Assembly: GCA_000934665.2 (NCBI GenBank)
Contig: JYFJ02003249.1
Span: forward strand, 1 to 44,353
Reading direction: 5' to 3'
Length of the DNA: 44,353 bases
Source of the DNA: Catajapyx aquilonaris
Taxonomy: Eukaryota
Shown here: one piece after another, positions 22,671 through 36,400 of the stretch
Numbering within the stretch: position 1 is the first letter of the stretch
How the letters are laid out: every line of letters starts with the position of its first letter
The notes under the pieces: generated by a model
The model's database searches: none
Seen by the model: the letters and a program-made list of their open reading frames with translations, nothing else
What the model was told of the DNA's origin: nothing
Position numbers and translations under genes: made by a program

Positions 22671-22930
22671 TGTGGTGATTGAAGATGGAGCAGCAATCAG
22701 AAGAGCAACGATTATTGTGAACATCTTTATGGTACAGCCTGGAAGGGATCAAGCAGCCTAACACACAAGTTACTTTGAAGATCCTGGAAAGAAGCAGCAG
22801 TCAGAAAAACAACTATTATTGTGGACATCTTTATTGCTATTTTTGTACAGTGTATATTGGCTGTAAGAAATAAAGAAAGTGCTTCATTGTCTCTCCTCCC
22901 TGCTGATGGCCAGGGAGAGGCTTTGGACGA

Positions 22931-23022
22931 TGGGCAATGTAAGATACGTTGCCTCCCCTATCCTCCCAGGGCTTGCCCTGGGGGGGTAGGGGAAGAAGGG
23001 CAACGTAACTTACATTGTCCCA
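22931..23022. repeat. Imperfect ~90 bp hairpin
   Basis: GGGCAATGTAAGATACGTTGCC..CCCCTATCCTCCCAGGG pairs with CCCTGGGGGGGTAGGGG..GGCAACGTAACTTACATTGTCCC. Confidence 0.75.
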
Positions 23023-23281
23023 CGTGCACCCCCATCCACCAAAGCCTCACCCTGCTGACCAACAGCAGGCAGAGGGGGGAGGGACAGAGGCACTGGAGTG
23101 AACGAATGAGACTCTCTCACTGGACTCTGAAAAAAGTTTACAGGGAAAAGGGGAGGAGTCAACAAGATAGGCTCCGCGACAGCGGACTTTGCGAACGCAG
23201 GAGCGGCCGGGGCCGCCCCGAAATTACGACCCCGGCCTTTTTTCGACGACTCAAACTACGATATTTTTTAGCCCGCAAGTT

Positions 23282-23322
23282 TTCCCCCTTCGACGTCATG
23301 CACATGACGTCGAAGGGGGGAA
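23282..23322. repeat. Near-perfect 41 bp palindrome in a CpG-rich patch
   Basis: TTCCCCCTTCGACGTCATG-CA-CATGACGTCGAAGGGGGGAA. Confidence 0.85.
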
Positions 23323-24142
23323 GCCTAAATGCAGGCGGTAAATCGACCTCTCTTCAACAACATGGGCCAAGAAGTGTTAGCACATGATGCTAAAAAGGGG
23401 AAGATCTGTAGTGGGGAAAGGATGCTGTTGACTGGAACCATCTGGGCTGCATATGACTGAAGAGAGAAGAGAACAGGGATACAAGAAAAATGATGCTGAT
23501 CATTTCAGTCAGGACTGGCTTCCAGGATGGCACCATCTCAGCAGCAGGCTGCAGATTATTTGCACTGAAAAGAGAACAAAAATTAAATTTTCAATTCAAA
23601 AACATACAAGGAAAAGGTCAATGCAATTACATGGAACTTGGTTCTTCTTGTGCACAGAAATTAGACACATTTCAGCACCCTGACATTGAATTGATATTCC
23701 CCAGCCATAAAACAGCTCTATGTACACATGGTCTCGTCATTTGTCAACGAGAGCAATGCCAAAGAAGCTGATAATGGTCAAATTGCAGATCCTGATGGCA
23801 TCTGCAGCAGAACTAATTAAGTGGCAATGAGGAATTCAAGCTCAGCACAGGACTGGTTTCCCCTCATTTCCCCAGAGAAAGCAGATACGTTCAGAATAAT
23901 GTCATTTTATTGCTGTCAGGTAATTCTCTCACTAGTCAACAATGCACAGGAGCAAACACTCAAATCCATGCAACTGCATTGAGACCTTGATCTTTCACGA
24001 TACTGACCTACAGCATGTCTCATCATGGGCATCCTCCTCTGGCGAAAATGGTCCTGGAAATCACTGAACCTGGAAGGAACAAAAATGCAAAATCAAATCA
24101 GGTGAAACATGCGCAATCCATGGTTATGCAAGACCCAATATA

Positions 24143-24487
24143 TACTGAAGTGCCAAATGTCATGCAATAGCAACATGAAACTTTTTAAATCACAGGTGTT
24201 GTCATGAGGCGAGGGGAACAGCTCATGGCACTGATTTGTGACGATGGGAGATTCCAGCAGGATCATTATTGATTCAAGGAGCATTCTGATGTGGCCAGAC
24301 TGAATCCAATCCAGCATAATTTATGGGACGTGGTGCCAAGGTCAGTTCTCCAGGGAGCTGTGGGTGGCTATCCAGACGGCATGGCTCAACATCTCTCCAG
24401 GTCCACATGGAATCAATGCCACATCGAGTTGCTGCACTTCTCGGGGCTACAGGGTATACCTATCCAATGACTTTTGGCACTTCATGG
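24143..24487 (+). mobile_element. Tc1-like transposon deletion derivative with both TIRs and frameshifted transposase fragments
   Basis: Left TA-TACTGAAGTGCCAAATGTCAT, right ATGACTTTTGGCACTTCA. Internal frameshifted peptides DGRFQQD, PD/LNPIQH.LWDVV, RELWVAIQTAWLNIS and MESMPHRVAALL match the Tc1 'FQQDNA', 'SPDLNPIE.LW' and 'ESMPRR.AA' motifs. Confidence 0.8.
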
Positions 24488-25188
24488 TAACACAGCCACC
24501 ATGGATAAACAGATTCACATTGATTCAAATTTTATCATCCACGACAGTCACTGAATTACTGCTGCAACTCGCCCAGAAAAATGTGCTAATGTTAGGATAT
24601 ATCAAAAACAGAAGCAGCAATAAGGAGTGGTAAGTGATGCAGAAGAAGTCAATTGATCAACATATGGCAATACAAATGCAATTAGAAAAGGCCCAAACGA
24701 TCATCAAGCCAATCACCCGATATGCGCCTACAATATGGATCACCCTACTAGGAGACACTTCATATCACAAACAGCCATGGACGATCGACAGTAAATTATA
24801 ATGACTGGCACAACTGGGCATGCAATTCGCCTTAATTCCATTCAATTCTCTGAAGAGTTACTATCAGCTTCCCTGTTGTACTGCAGATTTGGCTCAAGAG
24901 TCAGGACCAACTCCTGGACTTCCAGACATTCCCTCCTCACATTTCGTCCAGGTCATGGGCAGGTATGGCCTGCACTCTGCCCTCCACACCTTCTGGTTTT
25001 GCTCAGCTGCTCATGTACACTGAGTAGATTCCGAATTGCGGCATCAGTCCAACCCGTTTCTGACACTTCGCTAACAGTCCAATATTTCTGGGCACATGTT
25101 GTAATTCTTCGCGGGAGATTGCACTGCAGCATGTGTCCAATTTCAATACATTTCAGGAAGTGCTCAATTGCACTTTGGGGCTACGACA

Positions 25189-26110
25189 TATTCACTGCGA
25201 AGCATACTTAGGCGCTTGATGGAACCTGGGAGGAAATGGTTACTTCGCAAGTTAACAAGCAATGACAAGGGTATGGTGACAATTATTAATTATGTTTTAC
25301 ACCTGGGCTTAATTTAGCAATGAAAATGCACGTACTGAGCATTAGTACCTATCCCTTCAATTGAATTTTTCTCGTAACTAATCTGCTTATTAATTAGCAG
25401 TGTCTTTTTAGTGGCTATTTAAATCTCTTGCAGGGCACCACTGTACTTGCCCAATGCCAGTGAAGTTCACTTGCATGTCCATCTTACAAAAATGAATGTT
25501 TTAATGACACCTTGTGGCCCCAACATCTTCCATATGCCTCATTAGAATATAAATTGTATTGTAGTACAAATGTTACAATTATGCAACTTCTATTCTAATG
25601 CCTATAGTCTACCTATCTATACTTATTATAATAAATGGTATAATCATACAACTTATAGTATTCTATAATGTTATCTATGCTATTTATATAATTCTAATTT
25701 TAATACAGCTTATATTCTAATGAGGCATATGTAAGAATATGTTGAGGCCACAAGATATTAAAACAAGATTCATTTTCTATTCATTCATTTTTTGTACGTT
25801 GGACATGCAGGTGATTTTCATGCTAGGTGAACTTCATTGGCATTGGGCAATACAATGGTGCCCTGATTATTATGTTGGGAAGAGATTTAAATAGCCACTA
25901 AAAAGACACTGCTAAACAATAAGCAGATCAGTTACGAGACAAATGCCATTGAAGGGAAGACTTAACTGAAAGACTATAATCACGCGAAATTAAGCCTTCA
26001 AGTGAAACATAACCATCAATGTCACAATGCCCTTGTCGTTGCTTGTTAACTTGCAAAGAAACCACTTCCTCACGTTGAATCAAGTGCCTAAGTATGCTTC
26101 GCAGTGAATA
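25189..26110. repeat. ~920 bp imperfect palindrome (foldback/MITE-like) with an AT-rich centre near 25630
   Basis: TATTCACTGCGAAGCATACTTAGG (25189) vs CCTAAGTATGCTTCGCAGTGAATA (to 26110); TTAGCAGTGTCTTTTTAGTGGCTATTTAAATCTCT vs its reverse complement at ~25881; ATATGCCTCATTAGAATATAA vs TTATATTCTAATGAGGCATAT. Confidence 0.85.
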
Positions 26111-27960
26111 CACAACACTCACCACCAGTTTGAGAAGGCTGCCAATTGGTAATATGCAACTCAACTCATTGTTTCCATCTGCCAGATTTAACGTTCAACT
26201 CCAATGCAACTTCTTTACAAATTAGCACTTCCAGGCCATTTTTCAGAGGTGGTACACGCATGTACAGATTACATACGACTTCCCAAAGCATAATTAACTT
26301 GATTGTCAAAATAATGTCAATATAGATTCAGTATTCAAGGCACATGCTTTTGACGAGCAACTCCCATAAAACTGAATATCCAATTTCAACTGTCCTTATT
26401 TGATTAATTTCCATTTTAAGCACCTGCTGATAGCTATAGGCTCCCATAGTTCATTTTAATGCACAAGTTATCATTCGGTTACCACAGCAATTCCCATTGA
26501 ACATATCTAGAAACATTAATTTCATTAATCCTGCCGCCTTCATCACATATGCCCTTGGACTGGGTCTCACAAAATATTAAAGCACTATTTTGCACTGAAA
26601 TGAAACCTAGCACTACCTCAAGTCAAATGTCTCTGCATCCCACTAGACAAGCCCCACATCAGTGATCTGATTGATGTCCAGGGCGAGTTTTCAGCAGCGA
26701 TTCCTAATTGATGCAGCCACAAACACTAAATCAGACTGGAGGCATGCGTTTGGCAATGAACCTGACATACACACGTCTGTCACTACTCCAAAGTACTGTG
26801 CGTGGATGATCCCATTTCCCATCAAGACGCGAGGCACCAATAAATGAAAGCAAGACAATAGGACTCACCAATAAGTGAGGCATCTGAAGTCACTAGAAGA
26901 ACCATAATTGCGCTGGGGGCCGGTGATGAAATGAGATGACCATGTTGCTGGATGGAGTGTCTCGGCGAAATGAGTTGTCCATCGCAGCTGTCACGTCTCC
27001 AGAGCAATTATGTTTGAGTCTGCTTCTGCAAAGGGAGGATTGAATTAGATCAAAATGTCAGGCAAAAAGTCACTAATAAACTATGGATTGGGTTTAGGTT
27101 CTCGTTTATCAGTTAAAAGTACAATATATTTTGTATCATCATCTAAATGGAATATTGCACACTTCCTAATTTTCAGGAAAAATGCAAATGCTATTTACAG
27201 CACTAAAAGGTAGGCTGCACCTTTAAATAATCCATTCGCAAGGCAAAATCAATCCTGGAAATAATCTTTGTTTACCATGCCCAATTTGAGTCATAATTTG
27301 CAAACTGAAATGTAATGAGTTCAATATTCTAGTGGAACCTCATGACTACCCTTATCAAGTATGGTACAATGGGCCAGCTTGGCTGAACACGTCAGTTGCC
27401 AGTTTTAGTTAATTATGACTCGACAAATTGGGCATATTCTGCCATTATTGCAAATGCTGCAATCAAAATTTCCACACGTTCCAATAGCTTCTTGAGCCAT
27501 TTTAAAGGTTAAAAATTCGCTATCCCATGACTTGAGGCACTTGCACCACATTTTATGTTTACCAAATCCAAAAAAAAAAGGAATGCCATATAAATTGAAA
27601 CTATTCCTTGGCTTCAAATATGAAGGTGAAACAAACTTTACAACTGCATCACATTATCTCGGGTTCAAAATCACTGCAGCACGTATTATAATGCAATTAA
27701 TCTCAACTCACCAGATGAACATTTCAAGGCATTTGATGCACCATTCCGACATTGGCCGCTGTGATGAAAGTCAGATGTTGAGGTGTGTTCTAGCAATCAC
27801 GTCTCCATGTGAAAGGGCAGGCTCAGATGGAAGGCAGCAGCAAGAGGAGGCCACATCAGCATCTCAAGGATAATAATTGCACTTCACCTGCAAATAAAAT
27901 CATTTGTAAAATAATGCGTATACCACACCCCAATTACAAAAATATCTTAGTTAAACCATT

Positions 27961-28218
27961 AAACCATCGCATCGGTAGGTTGCGATAAAATGGCGCATTT
28001 TCACTGACCTTGTAATACCATGTAACCCTCGTGAGGTGATGTACCATTTTACATTTTGAATAACATGTAATGGCCGGTAAAATATTGTTCTACGTCACAT
28101 CTGGCGTGGAAGCGAAATTATCCAGGTTTGATGTAATACATTACAATTTCACCGGCCATTACACGTGGGACAAGGTCAGTGAAAATGCGCCATTTGATCA
28201 CAACCTGCCGATGGTTTT
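27961..28218. mobile_element. MITE-like element with ~50-60 bp inverted termini
   Basis: TCGGTAGGTTGCGATAAAATGGCGCATTTTCACTGACCTTGT vs ACAAGGTCAGTGAAAATGCGCCATTTGATCACAACCTGCCGA; inner pair GTAATGGCCGGT/ACCGGCCATTAC. Confidence 0.65.
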
Positions 28219-30403
28219 GCTTTTAGTCTCATCATACGTGGCTCGTTATTTTCCTGCAAACGCATTTGCAATAAGTCCCTAATATCGATCATTGGCAAAA
28301 GGAGTGAACCTAATCGTTACTTGTGTATAGTGCAGCAAGTACCCCCATCTAAATGGTATACACACACCTGCGCTTGTCCTGCAGCCGGTATGTGGACGAG
28401 CACGTCCGTCTTCAAAGAAGGTCTAGATGCAAAGAGAGCGAGCAACCTTGGAGAGAAGGCCACAAGGGTGGGTCCCACCCCATTCCGGATCAGCATTCCA
28501 TGTTGGCTATGACCTCAGTGGTCAAATGTCCATATGGATACTACGTCAGGTACCATCAGCATCAACTCCCACAGTTCAACGCGCAAAGCAGGGTTTCGCA
28601 ATGATGACGACAAACCTTATCAGTTCCATTTCCCCCTCTCTTTCTGCACGTTTTCAACAAAATAAAATAGCCACCTCGTGCAGTCCTTGCTAAAACCGAT
28701 TCAACAGTTGTCCTAATCACCTGTGAGCATGTTGCCTCCCAATTTGGCTCTAGATGGCACCCAACCCACATGCTCGATCTGGATGGGAAAAAAACCCTTT
28801 CGTGTGTGAAGCGAGCCCCTGCCTCTTAGACGCCCATGTGAACAAGAGGGGCTCGTTGGTTGCACGTTTCCCAGGATGATATTAGTCCAATCCCCAGCTC
28901 TTTCAATGCACGGAACTTTTGCATGGCTTCCTTCAAGCCGTGTAATCAACAATTATCCAGGAAAACCCAATGTCCACGATCGATAGTCTGGCCGCCCAAA
29001 GTTGTCAATAACAGCTGGATGAAGCCTTACATTTCCGGGGAAATACTAATTAAAACTGCAGGAACAGGCGGGGTTTTTTTTCCGTACATGGAGCTACCAA
29101 TACCGCTTAGGAACCTTTACTGATCTGAAAAATTAAAAGGTCAAGGTGAGGAGCGTGTTATTTTTAAACGCTGATTATGCATGCTATAGAGGTGCAAGAG
29201 GGTGTCTAATAATATTACTGATAACTGCAGTACGTACACGTAATGCAATAAAGTCTTGCAGTATTTCTAGGTAATTGCGATGCAACTATCCTTTTGAAAT
29301 TATTTGTCGCTAAATTAACATCCTGGATTACCTTGAAGATATGACAAAAAACTGATTATTCGACAATTAACAACAAGTTGCGGAAAAAATTAATTACTCT
29401 TCATGTCAGCGCAATTATGAGTCGGCAAACGACAATGAGCATCATTACGCATAAGCAACTCTCATCCATTGTACCTACATTCCAATTTGAAAGTTAATCC
29501 AACCTGCACCAGAATAATTATGCTAATGATTGAGCATTCACAGTTCGATTCACTCCATCATAGCCTGTTATTCTAACCCCCCAAAAACAGCAGTTGCATC
29601 CAACTTCCTTGCAATCTCCCAGCAAGTCACGAGAGATTATAGTACGAAAATATTGTATAGCGCCTCTCAGCTTGAACTCCGGTTATTAATATCATAATGT
29701 GACAGGTCCCCAAAAAGTTATTGGGCCGTATTCAGAGTCAACAACAAGAGTTTAGTGCAGGGCTTTAAACCACGTGACCCAGTTCACTAAGGAAAGTCGC
29801 ATACAGAGTCGCGCTTTAGGCCTAGTGCGGGCCTAGTGCGGACTTTAGTGCGATCCTGCTGAAGCGGTGCACTAAGGCAAAACTTAGTGAAGGGGACCCA
29901 TTGTTTTTCCCCTATGTTTGTTGGTATGTGCCTGAGAAAGTCCAACTGGGAAGAACAGCGAACAAGGGTATACAATATTATCTGAAGCCCTTGAATTCCC
30001 AACCGAATCAATCCTGAAGGGCGTAAACAAGGGGTGGATGGGTGGCAGGGGTCATGTAAGTCAATTAAATGAGAAAATTTTGGGTGATGAGGGCGGCATG
30101 CGCCGGCGTCGTTGGCGTCGCTACCCAGCTGTGGGGTAGGGTAGGGGCTGTAGAGAGGCGCCGCCGCGGTAACAGAGAAGGCGTCGTGTGCAGTAGCAGC
30201 ATCAGCAGCATCGGTTGTGTCGGGTGGAAAAAAAAGGAAAGCGTTCCGGTCGTCAACGGTGGTGTTGGGCTGGATATAATAAGGAAATAGAATAGGCGCC
30301 GGAAGCATCGGTCCCTGCTGGAGGAGATGGGGCTGGAGCCCCCTCCGTATCTCCTCTAGTGGGAGCACCCTAGGTCTTGCCCCGGGCAGAATCAGCATCC
30401 GAA

Positions 30404-33400
30404 ATGAGCTCGGAGGAGAGCAGCGTCGCCGGGGAGGATCTGGAGCTAGAGCTGGCCAAAGGAGCCAGGGCCAGACTCAGACCCGGACGACTCGATGACC
30501 TCTGCCGACAGACCAGGTTCACACGACAGGAAATCCGCGTCATGTACCGCGGGTTCAAGCAGGTCAGCCTTTTTTAAAAAAAATTAAAAATGGGGCAGAG
30601 ATTTAAGCCTAAGGTAACAAACTGCGATGGCGCCTAGAGAGGCAATAAGGCGAGAGGAAAAGGGCACCACCCGAAGACTTACGGCCATTTGGCTCACATC
30701 CAAACCCATAGTCCCCAGAAGTGGAGGGCTCATGGGTATAGAGTGGGTGGGGCTGGGTGGGGCCAATCTGCTACCATACCCCCCATAATGTCGACCGTGG
30801 AAAGGGGTTAGCCGACCTCCCAATTACACACATTTGTATAAAGAAAGAAAAAAACTGTGCAGCAGGAGACGCTTGCACAGTGAGATGCAACATCGATCCA
30901 GGGGTAAGGTAACTGAGGGGGGGTAGTATCAGTTGGGGGGGGGGGGTGTCCAGACCGGATTTTCAAATGAGGACCAAAAACTAGGATGTATGGATGTTGT
31001 AGGAAGATGCTTCGGATCGATCTAGCCCTCCCCCAAACCGACCAGAAACTCTCGTGGTGACGTCAGCTTTTCCTGACGTCACAAGTGGACCCCCCCTTTC
31101 CCTTTTCGACAACAGTACAGATTTTTTAAAATATAATATTACAACTATATAAAAATGGGAAAATGGTTTTTTTTAAAAAAAGAAAGGCGCGACCACTTCC
31201 CAGTCCAATTCCTGGGTGAATAGAGCGCGCCGACCCTTTCTCCTGGCTGGGATAAACCACAAGAGTCCTTGCGGTCAAGGGTGCGGTTGTTGTATAACTC
31301 CATAATTACTGGGGAAGGGAAGTGGAAAATTTTCAGGCATCGTTGCGTAACTGGTCATCTTCACTACTTTCTGAACATTCAAAGAATGGTATAGAAATGG
31401 ATCAATCGCTTCTTGAATGCGGATTTTTTTGTACACATGGTGGAAATTAATGGAGAGAAGCACCTCTATGAAGGCTGCGATACTTGTGCTTCTCCACTGC
31501 ACACTGTACCACCCCTGTGTGTTTGCCCAGTCCGACGTGAAGGTTTGCGATATCCGAAGTGGAAGTAATCTGAAAATGCACACTAGATTGGCGGTCGCTT
31601 CCATCACAAAGATCCATTACCTGATTTATCCTCCTTTCATTAGGTTCCGTTCATGTATGGTGCTACGGTTTTTATGATACACACAAAACGCGAATTTTCA
31701 CCAGTTAATTTTCGTTGCGGCATGTAGCCCAGGTGCATTAACGTGTGTTTAATTATTAAGCTGTTAATTAATAACGCAACCAACTTTAAAAGGCGCTATA
31801 CATTATGAATCACGACCCTAGTGTGCGGGTAAATCCATCAGTATACATCGTTATAATCTCGCAAAACAGGATCAGCGTAATCTATTTTGTTTGCCCGCCA
31901 CCTTCTTTTTTTTTTCCTGATCGCACAATCTGAAATTAAGGTCAAATGGTGACAACAAAATGATTATAAGGGTTCACAGAAGGGGTGGTGGTTTGCTCTG
32001 CGTGAGAGCTCGAGTGGCAGTAAAAACATAATAGTAAAAAGAGCTAGGGGGGAGCTTAAATGGCTTTCCGAGAAGGACTTTTCTCCCAGAGAGTCCTTGT
32101 CGTACCGCCATAGCCATTAACTTATACATTTGTCATGATACTCTATGCGTGTAGCAAAAATCACACAAAATGTAGGCGTGTGGCGTGATATCGCTCGAAT
32201 GGGTTTAATTCGGGTAATGGAAGACAGGATTCTCATAGAAAATGGACACGTGTCCTGCGGGGAGATGTGCTGTGTGACCTATTTTCCAGTCAACACTTTG
32301 TACGGATGTATTTAGTGGCACGAAGTCCGGTGCTCTGATTAAGGGAGTTGTCATAATGAGGAGTCACGACAACATCAGGTAGATGAAAAAAAAATGGGGT
32401 GAAAAAAATGCGTGTTCGTGTTATTACGCAAGCAAGATGTTATAACGAAGGTCAAATTACAGGTGGTTAATTTGTCTTGCATTACAGAAAGCTGTTACGT
32501 GATCGATAGCAGCCTTTGCCACTCATTTTTGGAACCAACTTCGGAACTATTAATAAGGATTCGACAATTAATTTCACTGACTATAAATAGCCCAAACCGT
32601 CCTTCAAACTATTTGATTCATACAAATCATTGAAACTCAGAGCGAGTAATCAACTGCAATGGACGGAATTATCAATATTGCAAAGTATTTATGGAAATAT
32701 TGAATGCATAATATTACTCTATAGAAGTAGTATAAAAATAAATTCAATATAATTAGGATAGAGAGGACAGATTTGTGATATTTTTTTTCATACGAATTTG
32801 TTGGAACAACTTGTTTCTAGTCGACGCTGCACATTACCAACTCGTGCGGTCACATTCAGTCCGGGCTCAAAATTGCCTGTTGCGGCGGAGCAGCATCCAT
32901 GCAAATGCCTAGCCTTAAAAAAAAATCATAATTGCCATTCTCAATTGCGAGTACCAAAATTATATATTCTGTTACACTAAAGCAACCGAGCCCTAGAGAT
33001 ACATTTAGGATCACATATATGAAGCATGCTGTGTACTGACCGCAGCCATGTCGTCCTCTGCAAATGAGCAAAATGAACCTTGTAAATTGCAGAGAAAATG
33101 AAGGACCTACCTCTCTACGGCCATACTCCTGCCTTTTAGTGCAGTAACAATCATTAATAATTCCACTCAGTGGCAGGCCATGGAATTCTTGTCCTGCTCT
33201 ATACGCGCCGTGCGGTTACTGCGAAACAGCAGCACAAAAGTCAGTAGGTTACGCTGAGTCAGCAGTAGCGTAAATTAATCACGAACATTTCTTCGTGCAC
33301 AATTAATTAATAATCCTGGCATATATCCTTATGCGGAAAAGCTGCCAGTTTCCTTATTTAAATTTTTATATGCTTTCAATGCTGGAAGTATAATGACATT

Positions 33401-36400
33401 TCAATTGCAGTGAGAATTACAGTGAAAAGGGTGCACGCCATGAAATCAAAACGTCAACAGGGCCAAATAATGAACCGTACGGTGTGTAATACAGCGCAAT
33501 TACAACACAGCGCAGTAATAAAACCTGAACGTGTGCATATACTGTACAAAATATTATTGCTATATCAATAATTCAATATGAAAATGACGCAATGCGTTTT
33601 GGACACACCCGCACGTACTAAATTGTGCGTACTTAACAAACACAATGCCGCAATTTACATTTCCGTTATTTTCAATCCCCAAAAATTGGGGGTATTGACT
33701 TAATTATTACAAATCCGATTCCGTGCAGCGACAACACTCCGGGACAGTAATCCTTCCGATTCTATTGAAATGCTAATCACATCGGTACTGCCCATGTAAC
33801 ATGCATTTTCGCGATTAATTGATTGCGACTCTAACCCCGCGCTTTTATAGCCTTTAAAAAAAATCTCACGCACAAGCTCACGCTTAAGATGTCGGAATTC
33901 TCTCGTTAATTAACTATGTATAGAATTGGAAAAAAAAGCGGATCCTTCTCACAAATTGTCCCCAACATGACATCCGCCTGGGTATAGCTTTTTGTAGCAA
34001 TGATAAAAAGAGCCGGAGCCATCGCAATCGTCGCGGGACTAATACACGTAAATCCGGCTTTCAATTGAGAAGCGTCTCGAAAGAAGAAAAAAAAAATACA
34101 GTCCCCCCAAGCAGACCAACATTTTTGTCGCATTGTCCCCAAGCTTCTCGCCAAAGTTTGCTCATCACTCACATTTTTTTGTTGCAGAATCAGGATTGAT
34201 CGAAGGATGTTTCCGACACTTGGAAATGTATATGAGATGAGTAGAGGCTTGATGTTTTGTGTACCAAAAAAAAAAAAAAACATGTAGGAAGAGTGGGTGG
34301 GGAAATGAGTGGGAGGGTTGTTGCCGCTGCTTCCCGCCACAATCGATCTGTAAGGTGGTCCAAACGCAAGCGCAATGTCCAACTGCGGTGGGCAAAGGAG
34401 TAGCCAGAGTTTGGCAACAACAACCAAAAAAAAAGTGCTATTTTTCTACAGGGGGTGTAAATTTGTCATTCTGAAAAGACCTGACCCGGATTACCGCAAC
34501 AGGAGCAATTTCGTGCCCACTTTACTACCCAAACCCAATGGTAAAGCACCCCAAAAAAAAAGTAGGGCAGTGGGTCGGACACATACGACCTTTTTCTTCC
34601 TAATGGCCCCAGCACAAATTATGCGAACCCATTTTTGCAGTTTATTTTTTTGGGATGGGCGCCAACTGAGACCAGTTTCATTTGTTACACCATACGTGTT
34701 CGGGACACTGTGAGATGGGCGAATCATATTCATTACTGCGCGACGAGTCGTATCAGGGAATTTGCCCAACGCCACCCACAGCTCTCCATTACGAATGTGC
34801 ATTATATGGGGAGGCTCTATTAGCTGTATGTCTCGGCACGGAGCCAACTGTCCTGACATATTGCCAATGAATTAGGCAGCCCTATTTAAAAGTTATTAGC
34901 TTAAAGAGGCGGAGGAAAATAGCCACCCCCCCCCCCCCGGCTTTGGGAACGTGGAAAAATGCGCAACTGGTTTTAAATTGATTTTCATTTCGGCGTACTT
35001 GAAACGGTTTCTCGCAAAAAAATATATATTTATTAATTTTTTTTGCACGAAATATTGCAATTTGTCCACATATGCGAAGTGATCACATTTTAGCTAGAGT
35101 AAGACGATTGAAAATTCTGACTCCGAATATTACGAAATTCTCAACAAATACCGTTCACTTTGAATGCAATTTCCCATAAATTAAAATATTAATACAATTT
35201 GACAAATGTAAATTGAAGGGTGTTATGCAATAATGTGTCAACTCATAAAAATGTCAAAATTTAGTTAATCCCAGGAACATATACCCAAAGGATCGTGTAC
35301 TTCATTCAGTTTAAAACAAAGCTGGCGAATGCCTTAAATGACCGAAAAGGACACTCAATTAAGCTTCTCAAAACTGTTCTCATGTGGGTTGACTCATTAT
35401 TGCATATCGCCGTCCAATTAGCCTGTAACATTTGCGTCTTTTGCCCGTGTGACATCGAGAATAATTTGCTGCAGGCTACTGTATATATATGCCAGCAGTA
35501 TTTCACCTGTCTTGCCAAGTTCAATGTCACTCTTCTGTATCACGCCATTCAAGATTCCTGCTATACACAGCTATATATATATACAGCAGTCTGCAACTTT
35601 TTGCATGCCCCAAGTTTTCGCCCACTATTCACCCGAGTGAGAAAGGTTAAGCTACACGGAACAATGTTCTTCCTTGATAGGAATGCCCCGAAGGAATCGT
35701 CTACGAAGAAACTTTGAAGGATATTTACGCCAAGTTTTTCCCTTACGGGAGTAAGTACCCCACGTCTTCTTTTGCTGGATTCACAAAAATTCTTTTAAAA
35801 TGCTTTAGTTGCACCATTTCTTTTGTAAATCCAGCCAATGTATTATTCCTAATTATCATCACACACTAATTATAATTTTTTCGCAGATGGCAATGCATAC
35901 GCGCACCATGTGTTCAAGGCATTCGACGTGAACAGCAACGGATCAATCAGTTTCCGAGTAAGTGCCCCCTAATGAATTCCTAACCTTTAAAATCAGATCC
36001 TGAGCATTGAAGGATCAAAAAAAGGGGGGGGGGGAGGTATCCCACTTGTCCTCATTTGGGCTAATATGCCCAGGGCTTTAATATGTCCCTAGAGGGGATC
36101 TTGTGAAGGATGTTACACCAGGTTCCGCCCCACCCCGGTCCTATAATAATTCCCCGTGTCCCTGGACTGATCGATCCTCCATTTCCCCCCATTGACCTGC
36201 TGCTGCTCTGTGTGCACACTAATACCCTTCCAGTTAATATGTGTGTGTGTGTTGGTTATTTTGCATATAGGACATGCTCATGACGTTATCCACGCTGCTC
36301 CGCGGATCCACCAGCGACAAACTTCGCTGGGCCTTCAAACTGTATGACCTGAACGGAGACGGTTGCATCACGCGCACCGAGCTGCACGAAATCGTCGTCG

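Noticed and set aside
22821..23387. 188-aa ORF
   Set aside because: GTG start, crosses hairpin and repeat patches, no recognisable domain.
23450..24820. Possible degenerate LINE reverse transcriptase fragments (e.g. TIIKPITRYAPTIW) around the Tc1 remnant
   Set aside because: No YADD-type motif or continuous frame found; too weak to call without a profile search.
29723..29890. GGGCCGTATTCAGAGTC Harbinger-like terminus with TTAGTGC repeats
   Set aside because: No matching opposite terminus or TSD found in the window.
29787..30398. 203-aa minus-strand ORF
   Set aside because: Overlaps the GC-rich KChIP 5' region; low-complexity and no domain.
33906..34870. Several ORFs in KChIP intron 1
   Set aside because: Driven by homopolymer runs (poly-F/K); no homology or splice support.
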